64,000 nucleotides of DNA from Perkinsus chesapeaki ATCC PRA-425 (taxonomy: Eukaryota; Protista; Perkinsozoa), in the NCBI GenBank assembly GCA_013115145.1, contig JAAPAO010000106.1:11998-75997 (forward strand), given 5' to 3'. Positions 1-11,520 of this stretch are shown piece by piece. Positions within the stretch are counted from its first letter, which is position 1, and the number at the start of each line of letters is the position of its first letter. Both the position numbers and the translations under genes were made by a program. The notes beneath the pieces are model-generated. The model searched no databases. It saw only the letters and a list, made by a program, of their open reading frames with translations, and was not told the origin of the DNA.

Positions 1-2482
1 TGGTCCTATTAGACTTAATATTGGTTTTGAGCTCACAGCAGCTACACACATACCTACATATCTTAACAAGATGCTAATAGCTGGTCGAGGGGGCGAACTT
101 GAGCTTCGGAATTTGAAGACTCGTCGAAAAATACACACTTTTGGGTGTCTGTCTAATGACTCTGCTATAACAGCATTATCACCCTCGCCAGCTCTCGATG
201 TTGCTGCTATAGGCTTCCAAAGCGGCCGTATATGCCTTATAAACTGCAGGACTGATGAGCTGTTATTTACCCTATCAACAACTGAGAGTAGGGCATCTGG
301 CTCTATCACTGGTCTTACTTTCCGTACTGATAATGGCGATCATAATGGGGTACTGATATCGAGTACATCTGACGGTGATGTATTTATATGGGACTTGACC
401 GAGAAGCTACTACACAGCTCTATAAAGCATGCTCATGATGGTAGTATAACAACTTTAACAGCTTTATCTGGCGAACCGCTTGTTGTTACTACTGGAGTTG
501 ATAACACTATGTGTGTGTGGATATTTGATAAACCTGATGGTAGTCTAAGGTTGTTACGTCAACGTAAAGGAGCTAGTGAGCCTATTAAACACATTGAGAT
601 GTATGGTAATGATCCTACTAATAATGCCGAATCAAATGATTTACTTATTACCTCTGGTAGTAGGGTTGGTAAAATAAGTCTCATTCAGCAGAAACAGAAT
701 AAGATATGGAGTATGTCGAATATATCGAAAGCAACAGCAGGTCTAGGATCCAGGATGAAGTGGAGAAGGCCGACTGATGGTAATGGTGAGCTGGGCGAAA
801 TCGTGTCAATAGCTGGTACAAGAATACGCCAATATGACTGGCCGAATGTTATCACTGCTAATAAGGGATCTACCAACGCTACTGTGTGGAGTGGATATCA
901 ACAGGCATTAGTAAATCGTCAATTAGATGTACCAGATAATAAATCACAAGTTGTTAAAGTGGCTGTCAGCCCTTGTGGTAACTTTGCCTGTGTTGGGCTT
1001 AAGAATGGTGAAGTCCATCGATTTAACCTACAGAGCTGTCTTTATAGGGGATTGGTAACAAAGCATGAGAATGCTGGTGAGGTAGCGATCTTGGAGTTCT
1101 TATCATCGACTAGTATATTATCGGCATCATCGACCTCACGTGACCTACGTATTACTACATTCGGATCTGGTATGAAATCGACACCTAAGTTGAGAAGTAT
1201 ATCTTTGCCGGAAGGAAACGGTACAATACAGTGTGCTGCTGTCAATGGGCCACTTGTAGCAGTTGCTCTGAATAAAGGGGAAGGAGTATTGGTCGTGGAT
1301 ATGGATTCGGGTAGGGTCGTGAGACGTATGGATGAGCTTAAGGGTGGTGTTACTGCTATGGGATGGTCACATAGTGGACAGCTGCTTACTGTTGCCGATT
1401 CTGATGCAAAAATGGTAATATATGATCTACCAACAGCAAGTGTAGTTGATAGAGTCATATTTACTTCACCTGTTATGGCGCTATGCTGGAGTAATGGTGA
1501 TGCATTCCTTATCACTAGTCACCCACACACGGCGAAGTACGGTGCAATGCATATATGGACTAATACCAAACTATTAGGACATGATTCGGATAATAATAAC
1601 GGCATGCTTACAGTCCCTAAGGTGTATGTACCAATAGATGAGCCTATAAGGGAGGGGGATGAGGAAGACCGTGCTGATGATGATGATAATGTTCAGGAGG
1701 AGCCCTCAGCAGTCCTTAATAAAGCTGTATCGTACACCCCACAGAGTAGAGGAGCAATAACACTATCGAATGTACCGAGAACAAGTTGGCAATATGCCCT
1801 TCGACTTGATGAGATTAAAGAACGTAATAAGCCTGTCGCAGCACCTAAGAAGCCAGAGAGTGCTCCTTTTTTCCTGCCGACTGTGTATGATGGCTCAAAG
1901 CCTTTATTCGCGCCATTGCAAGCATCTAAGGGTGAAGGAGACGAGAAGGAAGAGCCTGAAAAGAAACGGATGAAGTTTGATGATAGTGTTGATTTTGACT
2001 CAACTCTGGACTCGGAGTTTGAAAGGGATATTGCTGCGAGGGACTGGGAGGCTGCTATGGAGTATCTTAAAAAGCAAACAGCAAGTGGACTTCATTTGTG
2101 TATAAGTGAAATAAGAGATGATAACTTACGGTACGCTGTAGAGTACTTTGAAGCCATGGCGTCTACAGGGAAGGATTATGATCTAGTGCAGGTGATGGAG
2201 GAATAAAGCATTCAATGGTTAACTGATTGATCATCTTCAGGTGCAGCTGTCTCTGTTCCTTAAGTTCCATGCTGAGACATTGCTAGAATCAACTGATGAG
2301 GAGCTACGAAACGCTGTTAAGCAGCTTAGTAATAGATTGACAAGCAACTTCAAGGTAAGATGATAATTATAATAGTATATAGTTATATTGTTATTCAGGG
2401 GTTCGATAAGGATTGCAGTAGACTGGAATGCCTGGTACGGTTGTTATCAGGGACACAGATGGTAGCTATGGCTGGACAATAA
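1..2482 (+). CDS. UTP21: WD40-repeat U3 snoRNP protein UTP21/WDR36, 5'-truncated by the window edge; exons approx <1-2190, 2240-2353, 2399-2482
   Basis: Frame is open from position 2 (GPIRLNIG...PTYLNKMLIAG). Multiple WD repeats, and a Utp21 C-terminal signature (L.L..IKERNKP..APKKPESAPFFLPT). Two downstream GT-AG exons complete the C-terminus. Confidence 0.9.
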
Positions 2483-2593
2483 CACTGTTATACTACTACA
2501 ACAACAACGTCAATAACGTATTACTTATTTCCTTTACCATTTAATTGATATGTTGAGTTCAGTTTATATTAATAATAGTATTATCTGGGAGAT

Positions 2594-5500
2594 ATGTCGG
2601 AGGGTCGACCACATTCGAGAGGGTTTAATACGACCGGTGGAGGTTTACGGCAAGCCCCGCCACCGCAGGTAGGTAGCAGTCCGGGGGAAAGGAGAGGGAG
2701 CCGTTCAACAACAAGACTGAGTAATGACTGGGTTGTTGATTGATCATTCTGGTTAATAATAGGTGATATGTACTCTACTGGTGGCTCATCATCTAGTGGT
2801 AGACCAGGCAGTCAAAGGGGGAGTACACCGTCACGTGGTAGTATAATACAACAACACCTACCAGGTAAATATGTACCATATATTCTTTCGCCCTCAAGGG
2901 CACTGATTTTGGTAGTAAAGAAAATGACTTCCGCAGATAAGGACATCATTATTAGTGAAATTGTTAAAGATTTCTGAAATGTATGGATTCACTTGAACTT
3001 TGTCTAGGCTCACGCTCTGGGCTGGCCACTGGTTACTTGGGAGGAGTGGCGATGATGCCTCCTATGGTAAAGTGATGATAGACAGCGGCGGCTGCAGTAG
3101 GTGGGGAGTTGTTGTTGTGTATCAGGGACATGTAAAAGTAGTAGACAGACCAGTAACACAACAAGGCCTATCGGCAGCGGGGTCGATGGCAACTGGTGGG
3201 GGTATAAGGCCTGGGACTGGTAGACAAGTACTGGATAAAAACTATTATAAAGCACAATTAAGAAACAAAATGTAAAAAATAATAAAGTTGATATTACTGA
3301 TGTTTTTCACGGTAGCAATGAACTGACTTTGGAGATAACAAGATTTAACACCGAAATGGGACATATCGCCAAGGAGGCACAGTCTTATAAGCAATACGAG
3401 AAACGTTATCACTCCCTACTAGCAGAGGTAATGATCAATACTACTACTATAAGGCATAGGATATATAGGTTAAAGCGCTAGAAGGGGACCTTGCTGATTA
3501 TAACTTGGCGTTGGATAAACAAAGGGTTAAAGTTAGACCGGAAGAGGTGGAGAGGCAGTAAGAGTTATATTACAGTATCTTAATTACTATGGTGAAGGTA
3601 TATCGATATTAAACAGAGGAATGCATTCGCTAGAGAACAGATTGATAATATCTTTCTTGAAAAGAAAGAGTGTGAGGAGGGTATAGCTCGACTGGAGTAT
3701 GAACTGAATGTAAACAACAACAGACAGAATAAGTCTAGTACCAAAGGGTTAATAGGAAAATCAAAAACATATTGAAGAGCAGTTGACAAGGTTAACAGAT
3801 AAACAAAAAGAGGAATATAGGAAGCTTATGGAGGAGCAGGACAAGATAAAGTATCAAGTCGTCATATATTATTGTCATGCATGATTGCATCAGTAACGCG
3901 AGTCATGAACTAGAGTCCACAATGGGACCAATGAGACAGAGGTAAATGTCATACACCTAAAGAGATAACAGTTATTAAAACAGACTTGCAACAACTACTG
4001 AAAGGCTCCATATGGACCCATCGAGACGCCGAATGTTGGCTCTTTCTAAAGCCAGAGGTGACGGCAATAATACCAGATTAGTAACAATTATATGATAATA
4101 GACGAACTGTTTGAACGTAAACAAGAGCTTACTGAGGAGTTAGAAAAGATAAGCCTGCCTCTGCCGAAACAGCGGGAGATGCTTATAGAGAAGATTAAGG
4201 AGGAGAATAGTGAAATGGTGCCGCCGATGGCTAATATTCGGTCAATGCCACTTCTTGCATGCTGATAGGTTGAATTAGAAAGGAAATATGAGGAAATGAA
4301 AGAAGCATTAGAACGTTTCCGACGAAACGCTGCGGAGATTTCGGCAGAGTTGAACAAAGGTGTAGGAGATAGCTCACAGTCGGAAGGGGATGAGCAACAA
4401 CAAAAGTAAACAGATCTGAATGATAAGTTATGGCAACGGCCTTGAAAGGTATAAATTGCTGTTTGCGAAAGATGCCGAGATGACCACGTTCCTTGGGGAA
4501 TTCCCGAAACTGAAAGAAGAAGAATCAAGAAAGATAAGAGACCTCCAGAGCAGCATCAGACAGCTGACTCAACGAATTCATCAAGTCATAAAATAATGAA
4601 CTTAGTAGTTTAATTCAAACTACCAGGCCCTTGGTAAAGCAAAGGAATTACCGACTCGGGCCAGATTTGAGGAGATGCAGAGCGATCTCAGTTTCAAAGA
4701 TCGACAGGTTACTGGTGACCTGGAGAGGGAAAAATGTTGACGTTAATAGGTTGAGGCGAGTGAGGCAACTGGGCAAAGGCTCGAAGTTGAACTACAACAG
4801 AGGAGGCAAGAGTTGGATAAAATATCGGACTTGGAGCATAAGGTATGTCAACAGTTAGAATGAGATTGACGTTATACGAGCCAGGTGGAAGAGGAAATCG
4901 CACAAGCTGAGGAGTCAATGCAAACTTATCAAGATGAAATCGATAATAGATTCTCGTGCATTGATGAGCTACGCGAAGCTAGATTAAGGTAAGTCATGCA
5001 CAAGTTGGCATGAGAAGTGTGTTGTGTAAGGGATATGGAGATATTAGCCGAACGAAGGCAAAAGCTGGAACGATCACTCCCAGCTTTGAGGGATACGGTG
5101 AGACCTGATCCAGCTGATGGTGAACAAAGCAACGAATAGGTGGCGTCGCTACAACTGAAAATGGATGCTAAAAAACAGACGTTGCATGACAACTCAAATC
5201 ATGCGGCTTTGGTTCATTTGGAGAACAAATTGAAACATCTAGAGCAGACAAATTATCAACTGGAGAGCTCCATACAGGTAAAGCGGAAGGTCACAAAAAA
5301 AGTTGAAAAAAAGTAACACGGAAAAAGGTCTCGAGTCTTCCAGTGTAACTTGACGACAAGTGAAACATTGAAATATAATAGACTGGCCGAACGGAAATAG
5401 TGCATGGTAGCCGTTCTATATGCACCATATACTGTAGTTTTCTATAATTAACCTACTTACGGGAATTCGGTTAAAGTCGGGAATGTGTCTCTACCCTTGC

Positions 5501-5697
5501 TTTGTGGCATCGTGCCAGGTGAAACTTATGGAGTCGGATTACCAAGATGAGAATACAGAAGCATTAGAGATTGTTAATAAAATCAACGAGGTTGCTAAAA
5601 AGCAAGTGAGCTAGGCATTTCGTTTCCTATGTCTCGATGTCCCATGTTACCTATCGTATAGGCTCATATATCTATGCCAGTTGGTCGGGCCATGTGA
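2594..5697 (+). CDS. IFT74: Intraflagellar transport protein 74, many short exons
   Basis: G/R/P-rich N-terminus, VDRPVTQQGL and GRQVLDKNYY motifs, LEGDLADYNLALDK, long coiled coil, and a C-terminal ESDYQ exon ending ...GRAM*. Confidence 0.85.
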
Positions 5698-6015
5698 AAC
5701 CCTGTCAATCTAATCATTACAGCAATACAATGCTTGTTGAGTTAGTTTTGATGAGGAAGTGTGGGGGCATATTGTGACACCAAGTTTGCCGAATAAAACA
5801 ATTACTGTTATTAACGTTTAAGAGGTAAATGGTAGTTGATCGCGGACCAGTAGAGGTCATGTGCAAGGGCAATCCAAGGAGAACTAAATATCGAGATAAT
5901 TACTTCATTGACGATACTGTTGTGCTTCACTCGTCAACGCGATACCTCTTTAAGACATACAAATAACATTAACATCACCTTTATGCAACTTCGCCGTTGG
6001 ACAATGCAAAATGTA

Positions 6016-6697
6016 TTATGTGGTAAGATTAACTCCTGCGGTAGCTTGCTCATATATAGAACAGAATTCATCAGCAATTTCCTTGCAGAGACTTGAGGGC
6101 CCCTCATCAACAGCAGCTCCCTCTTTCTTGAGGATCTCAGTTTGTATATTCCTGAATGTGACGGGAAACTCAGTCTCATCAAAGGCTCTCTTGTTGAAGT
6201 CTTTTAAGGGATCATCAATCTTAACGTCATACGATTCACCTTGATGTTCGATCTCTACAATACCATCGATTGTACTGAAAATGATGATCAAACAGTCATG
6301 ACCTTTACACCACCGAACCGCACTCACACGGTGTAGTTCTTCCGTGGGCATAGAACAGTCAGTGCTTGTACCCGTTCATCATCTGTGACCTCCAGACTAT
6401 ATCCCAGACCGGTGAGCTCACCAGAATGTACATAACAATATCTAGACTCTCCCTCTCTCTCATCAATGGGCGTGCATTTTCCCTCCTGAGAGAACAGCGT
6501 TACGGCTGCATTGATTGAGAATGAATGACCATAAGTCCAGTTTAACACACGCTGATTCATACCCCCTCCTCCGAATCGGATTCGGATTCCGATTCGGGTA
6601 TTGTCTCGAGCCGAGGCTGCAGCAGCTTACTATAACCATCAACAGGAATCGTTGATGAAATGAATAGGGCGAACCAAAGAGCGATGAGGCGAGGCAT
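6016..6697 (-). CDS. Small secreted protein, paralog A (3 exons)
   Basis: Spliced model MPRLIALWFALFISSTIPVDG...|EGKCTPIDEREGESRYCY...LCPRKNYTV|TIDGIVEIEHQGESYDVKIDDPLKDF... Signal-peptide-like start; intron phases 0 and 2; homologous to paralog B. Confidence 0.7.
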
Positions 6698-7452
6698 TAT
6701 TCTATTGAGGAGAGCTGACGGCTAGCCATCATTACTAGGATGTCATACAAATCACCGTTGTTTGTGAATGTGCCCCATATGAGCTATAACATAGATAAAC
6801 CAACTTGGTTGGTTGGCGCCGTTGGCTTAACCAACGCTCCTTACCAAACAAGGATACTCACAATGATAAGAACGCCGCAAAGATGAGTAGGAACTTACAG
6901 TTGCTCGTTTTCGCGCGTTGAGATAGGAGGCAAGACAGCGAGATTCAGACCGATCTGGAATTTACCTAGCGCACGAAAATAAAGGTAGATAAGCAGCCAG
7001 ATACTACTTACCACAACTTGGGACTTAATTGCTGAAATTGTGGTCCCCTGCTCTTTCGGGAGACCAGAAGTTATTAATTGCTCGGACAATTCGTCACCTC
7101 CATTGATCAACTCATAAGCGCTACTTTATTGACAGTCTATCAGTAATTTTATGAGTCATAGAATGATATCAATCTATCTGAGGATTTTTACAGCGCATCA
7201 AATGGTCTTGCCGAGAACGTTCCTTGATTCCACTAAATGTTTATTGAGCAGGCCAATTCGGACCCGCAATGTGCAAATGCGTCTTGCATTGTCTTTGAGC
7301 AGTAGCTAGGTTTTAGTATGTCTTCATGTTGAATGGTAAATTAAGGGGGTAACCAAAATGAACTACTTTTCAACACAATCCTTTCATTTGAACGACATCA
7401 ACAACCAGGCAATCACCGTTAGTAGTCACTGTAAATACCAGCCGTTACTCAT

Positions 7453-8133
7453 TCAGCTATACCTTAATTGACTAGTCGTAAATCCTTCAGTAGCTTGGTT
7501 GTAAATAGAGCATAGCTTATTCATAATCTCTTCGCAAAGACGCATAGGCCCAGAACTAACGCTTACGCCCTTCCCGAGTATCATGGTTTGTAAGGCTTTG
7601 AATGTATCGACACATCGGCTCTCGAAAGCCTGTTTGTGGAAGTCCTTCAGGGGATCTTCAATTTTGACTTCATACGCCTCGCCTCGGTACTCTATCTCTT
7701 CGATACCAACAACAGTGCTGAGATGGACAACCAAAATACTTAGAGACACAACGAATAACAACGAATAAGACAGACACCGGTGCTGCTGCTTAAAGCTATC
7801 GATGACTTTCTCGGTCAGTTAACTTACATTGTGAAGACTATCTCTGGACACAATATGTGTAACACATCTAACTTCTCCGAGATCATCCTAGTATAGCCGA
7901 GACCGAGCATGCCAAAGGACTGGATGTAACAGTAGCGTTCATCACCTTCTTGTGTTCCCCAAGGCTCACATACTTCTTTCTGATTACAAAGAATCCATAT
8001 TCCTTGAAGGAGCGTAAAAGGAACCATTACATACCGTTTCAGTGTGCCTCCTTTTTAACCGTCTTCCGGAGCCTCCTGCATAAGTAACCAAGTACATTAC
8101 GAGGAGCAAGCTAGGATTCGCGAAGACTGCCAT
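7453..8133 (-). CDS. Small secreted protein, paralog B (3 exons)
   Basis: Spliced model MAVFANPSLLLVMYLVTYAGG...|KEVCEPWGTQEGDERYCY...LCPEIVFTI|TVVGIEEIEYRGEAYEVKIEDPLKDF... Same intron positions and phases as paralog A. Confidence 0.7.
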
Positions 8134-8459
8134 TATTCGAATAACACTTCTCGGCGAAAAGTTTTTCCAGTCATCTGTATCGAATACCAAGCAGCAATTA
8201 ATAAGAGCATTCCGCGTGGAAAGCTTCAATTGCCGATTTTCGAGCGTTCGGATAGGCAGCAAGTCGGCGAGATGTTCCTTAGGGAAAATTGACGCACGAA
8301 GAAGATAGAGAGCTGACAGAATCGGCAATTCGTCACAGTTCACATCCACGCCGGTTGCAGACTCGATGGGTTCCTCTTTACAGAAATATCCGATCCAAAG
8401 CTTCATCCGCACTCGAAGCCGAATAATTGCTCAACATACGGGCCTCGTCAAGAACGAAA

Positions 8460-11330
8460 CTCCTCAAAAATGGTTCTCAAAACTGTTCAAGTCGTACACG
8501 CAGACGCTCATGAGAATGTTCACTCGTAACACTTGAGGTAAGCCAGCAAACTGGTTATTCGTGGACCGACCACTGACGGGGAAAGTCGTCACAGCGCTAG
8601 TTAGTATTTACGACTTAAGACTCGGAACTGCGAATGGGTTTAGAATCTGTACGCAATCCAAGATTTATGTTTCAACGAAATAACTTATCAAACTGACATC
8701 TTGATTGTTGTAGGGTCATTTCGATAGAGCAGCATAAACAACTTGCAGCTCAATGCATGCTACTCTTCGGAGCTAGTCTTAGATGCTCTATGAACTGGTG
8801 GCTTCTAGGTCTTGAAACTCGATGCCACAATCATCAGTATCCGGCGACTGACAAATAGATACCTCACACGAGCACTTTGTCCCGAATGCACAACCGAACC
8901 TGCCCCCGCAGAGCCAGTTGTGAAACTCCTCACACACACGGTAGGCACCCTGCCCGCAGGGACAGTCGGTATCTTGTAGACACCTTCTTTGGTAACGAGC
9001 TGCACGAGCAAGCACACAACGAAGAGTACACGAGAGAACCTGTGATGAAAATATATTAAGCTGTAGAAATCAAACAGAGAAAACCGAAATTACGGAGCTC
9101 AGATCCCGAGCTTCGGATACCACAACGCATACCTCATATTCCCGCGAGATATTCCTATATGGTAGATCTGGCTTGACACGATGCTCCTCGCTTTGTCGGA
9201 TGTAAATAGATCAATAAACTGGATGGAGAAGTCCTTCTCAGAACTTTCCCAGCTGAGCGCCATTCCGTGGAAGGTCTACCAGACTTGTAGATCTCTTCAG
9301 TTGGACTTCGGTAATAGTTGTCCTTCGCTGGATCAAGCCTCCTCCGATCAACATAGAGCTTACAACATTGATTATAGTTGACGAGTTATTCGATTACATT
9401 TCTATGACTAACTTAGTCAGACTGAGTTGTGCTATGCAGAGTGTGTCAAGCGTGGCCTTTGTATAAAGTGCTGATATGGCTCAAGGAACCACTCTGTTAC
9501 TACAGATGGAGCGGTAGAATGTCTCTGCATCGTGTGCATTCACCAGTTTTTCAACCTGGCTCCAACCTTTTTCAATTCGTCGGCCTCTCACGCTGGGTCA
9601 AGCAAGTACTACAGAGTTACCACTACTGCAGCCAACCGAAACTCAGGCTACTTCGAAACTGTATTTTCGAGTCTCATGAACACTGTGTTCGTTTACCATA
9701 CGATCATCGGTGATTATAATTGTTACCACCATTTGCAATATAGTACGAAGCAGTCGCTTCTGTGGGCAACGTGAATCTTAGTTAACTCTGATGGTTGACT
9801 TGCATAACGCAATAGTTTTAGATCAAATGAACTTATCCGTCCGATAAGTTATTCCACACAAAAGAGTGACAGGAGTAATTGATGTATAATCCATTCTCAA
9901 ATCGTTGTCTAATGGCTTCATCTCATCTTGCAATCTACCCACCATTTTGTGAAACTTATCAAAATGATACCTGTGATGTAGTTGGTCATTCTATCGCTTA
10001 ACACCTACAATGCTTTTCCAGTGTCATTCATAATGTCTCTTGCTATCCCTTTAATATCGGTATGGCCTATAGTCGACTTTTCACCATCTAACTAAAACAG
10101 CATCACAGTCTAGCTTTTGCTGGCACCCACAACCCTACCACCGCATTGAGCGCCATACTTGTTTGGAATCCTTGATGGATTGCTGGGAGCACCGCCTAGA
10201 ACATGATAGACTATCATTATCAAAATATAATCATATGGTCTAACACTTTAGGGACCCTCATTGCCTCTTCAAAGTGATGTTTCATCTCTGCGCGAATATT
10301 CGGCAAAAGTTGCTGTCGGAGATGTGCCTCATGATGGAGATATCTAATAATAGTAAATCTATTCTTCCGTGAATATGTTGTCTACTCCTCCAGCCGTTTG
10401 AGCTCTGGTGGCGGTTCCCTAAACACCGAACACTAAAGCATATCATTAACAAGATTTCTGCAGCACTTGAAGTATTTCTCGTTCAATTGCCGTATCGCCT
10501 TGGCTACATCCGATGGCACCTCATCTCGTTTAAGCGCCTAATTAGACTTACTATACCATCTACATGCTCACCAATACCCCAAAGTGATCCAGCTTTCTTA
10601 ATTCGCTCATTTTGCCTTCGTTAGAGTTGACCTCTTTACTATGTACATGTGCTAATAATGATGGTGGCAAAATGTATGATCCAATCCATTGCTCTATGTT
10701 ATGCAGCGATGTCGTTAAGTGTGTTGGAAATAGGTTCATCCAACTAGGAATACAGTTGCTGTTATATCCCTGTGTACGGGTGCTCGTCGAACAAAATGAC
10801 AAAGAACAATCTAAAAGTGTCATAACATAACTTATCATGATGATACATTAAATGCTAACAGTAGAACGTATTGTCTATCTTCATGTAGCTCGATACTTCC
10901 TATACCGCTCTCTCTGAGAATGTATAAAGAACAGCGGAGTAGGGAACAACAATAGGTATACCTCATCAAAAAATAATTGAGACATTGACCAGATCAACAT
11001 ACCAATCTGCGCCGCAGTCAATATCATCTGACGCGAATTCATGTGACACACGCCTGGTTTGACACGCACCACAGACGTTGATATCAGTTTAATAAGAAAG
11101 TGTGATGCTGTGGGTTCTATGGAAACCTGTCAAAATTGTGCAATAGTGTGTCAGTCGGTGAGGCTCACTGCAGAGTCATCCGGTGTTGAGAACCCTATCG
11201 GTGGAAGCCCTATAGAAGGTGGTGATTCACTGACATTCCTCGGAGTCTAATTATATATTATTTCAAAGCCAATTAGCAGTATTACTGTCGTAGAGTCATC
11301 ACCGATGACTAGTATTATAAGCGATGACAG
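8460..11330 (-). CDS. One or more multi-exon hypothetical genes; boundaries unresolved
   Basis: Series of GT-AG-bounded open segments (e.g. VSIEPTASHFLIKLIS..., AVLPAIHQGFQTSMALNA, LDGEKSTIGHTDIKGIARDIM). No recognisable domain. Confidence 0.3.
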
Positions 11331-11520
11331 GTATTTTAAACCATTCACGTATGTCAACATAAGTTATATTCTACTAACATTATTGACTGTAACTCAATGA
11401 CATGCAACCAGCAGCAGCAGTACAACAATAAGAACATCATGAATGGTCATTGTTGTTTATGATGATAATGGTGAGAATATTAACTTTGGTGATTAATGAT
11501 ATAAACTCTATTTACTAAAA

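Noticed and set aside
6571-6597. Hairpin CCGAATCGGA-TTCGGAT-TCCGATTCGG with a T-loop-like loop
   Set aside because: It lies in exon 1 of paralog A and is explained by the coding repeat PESESESDS.
6780-7330. Possible third paralog or small gene between secreted paralogs A and B
   Set aside because: Short open segments exist, but none of the family motifs are present and no consistent spliced model was obtained.
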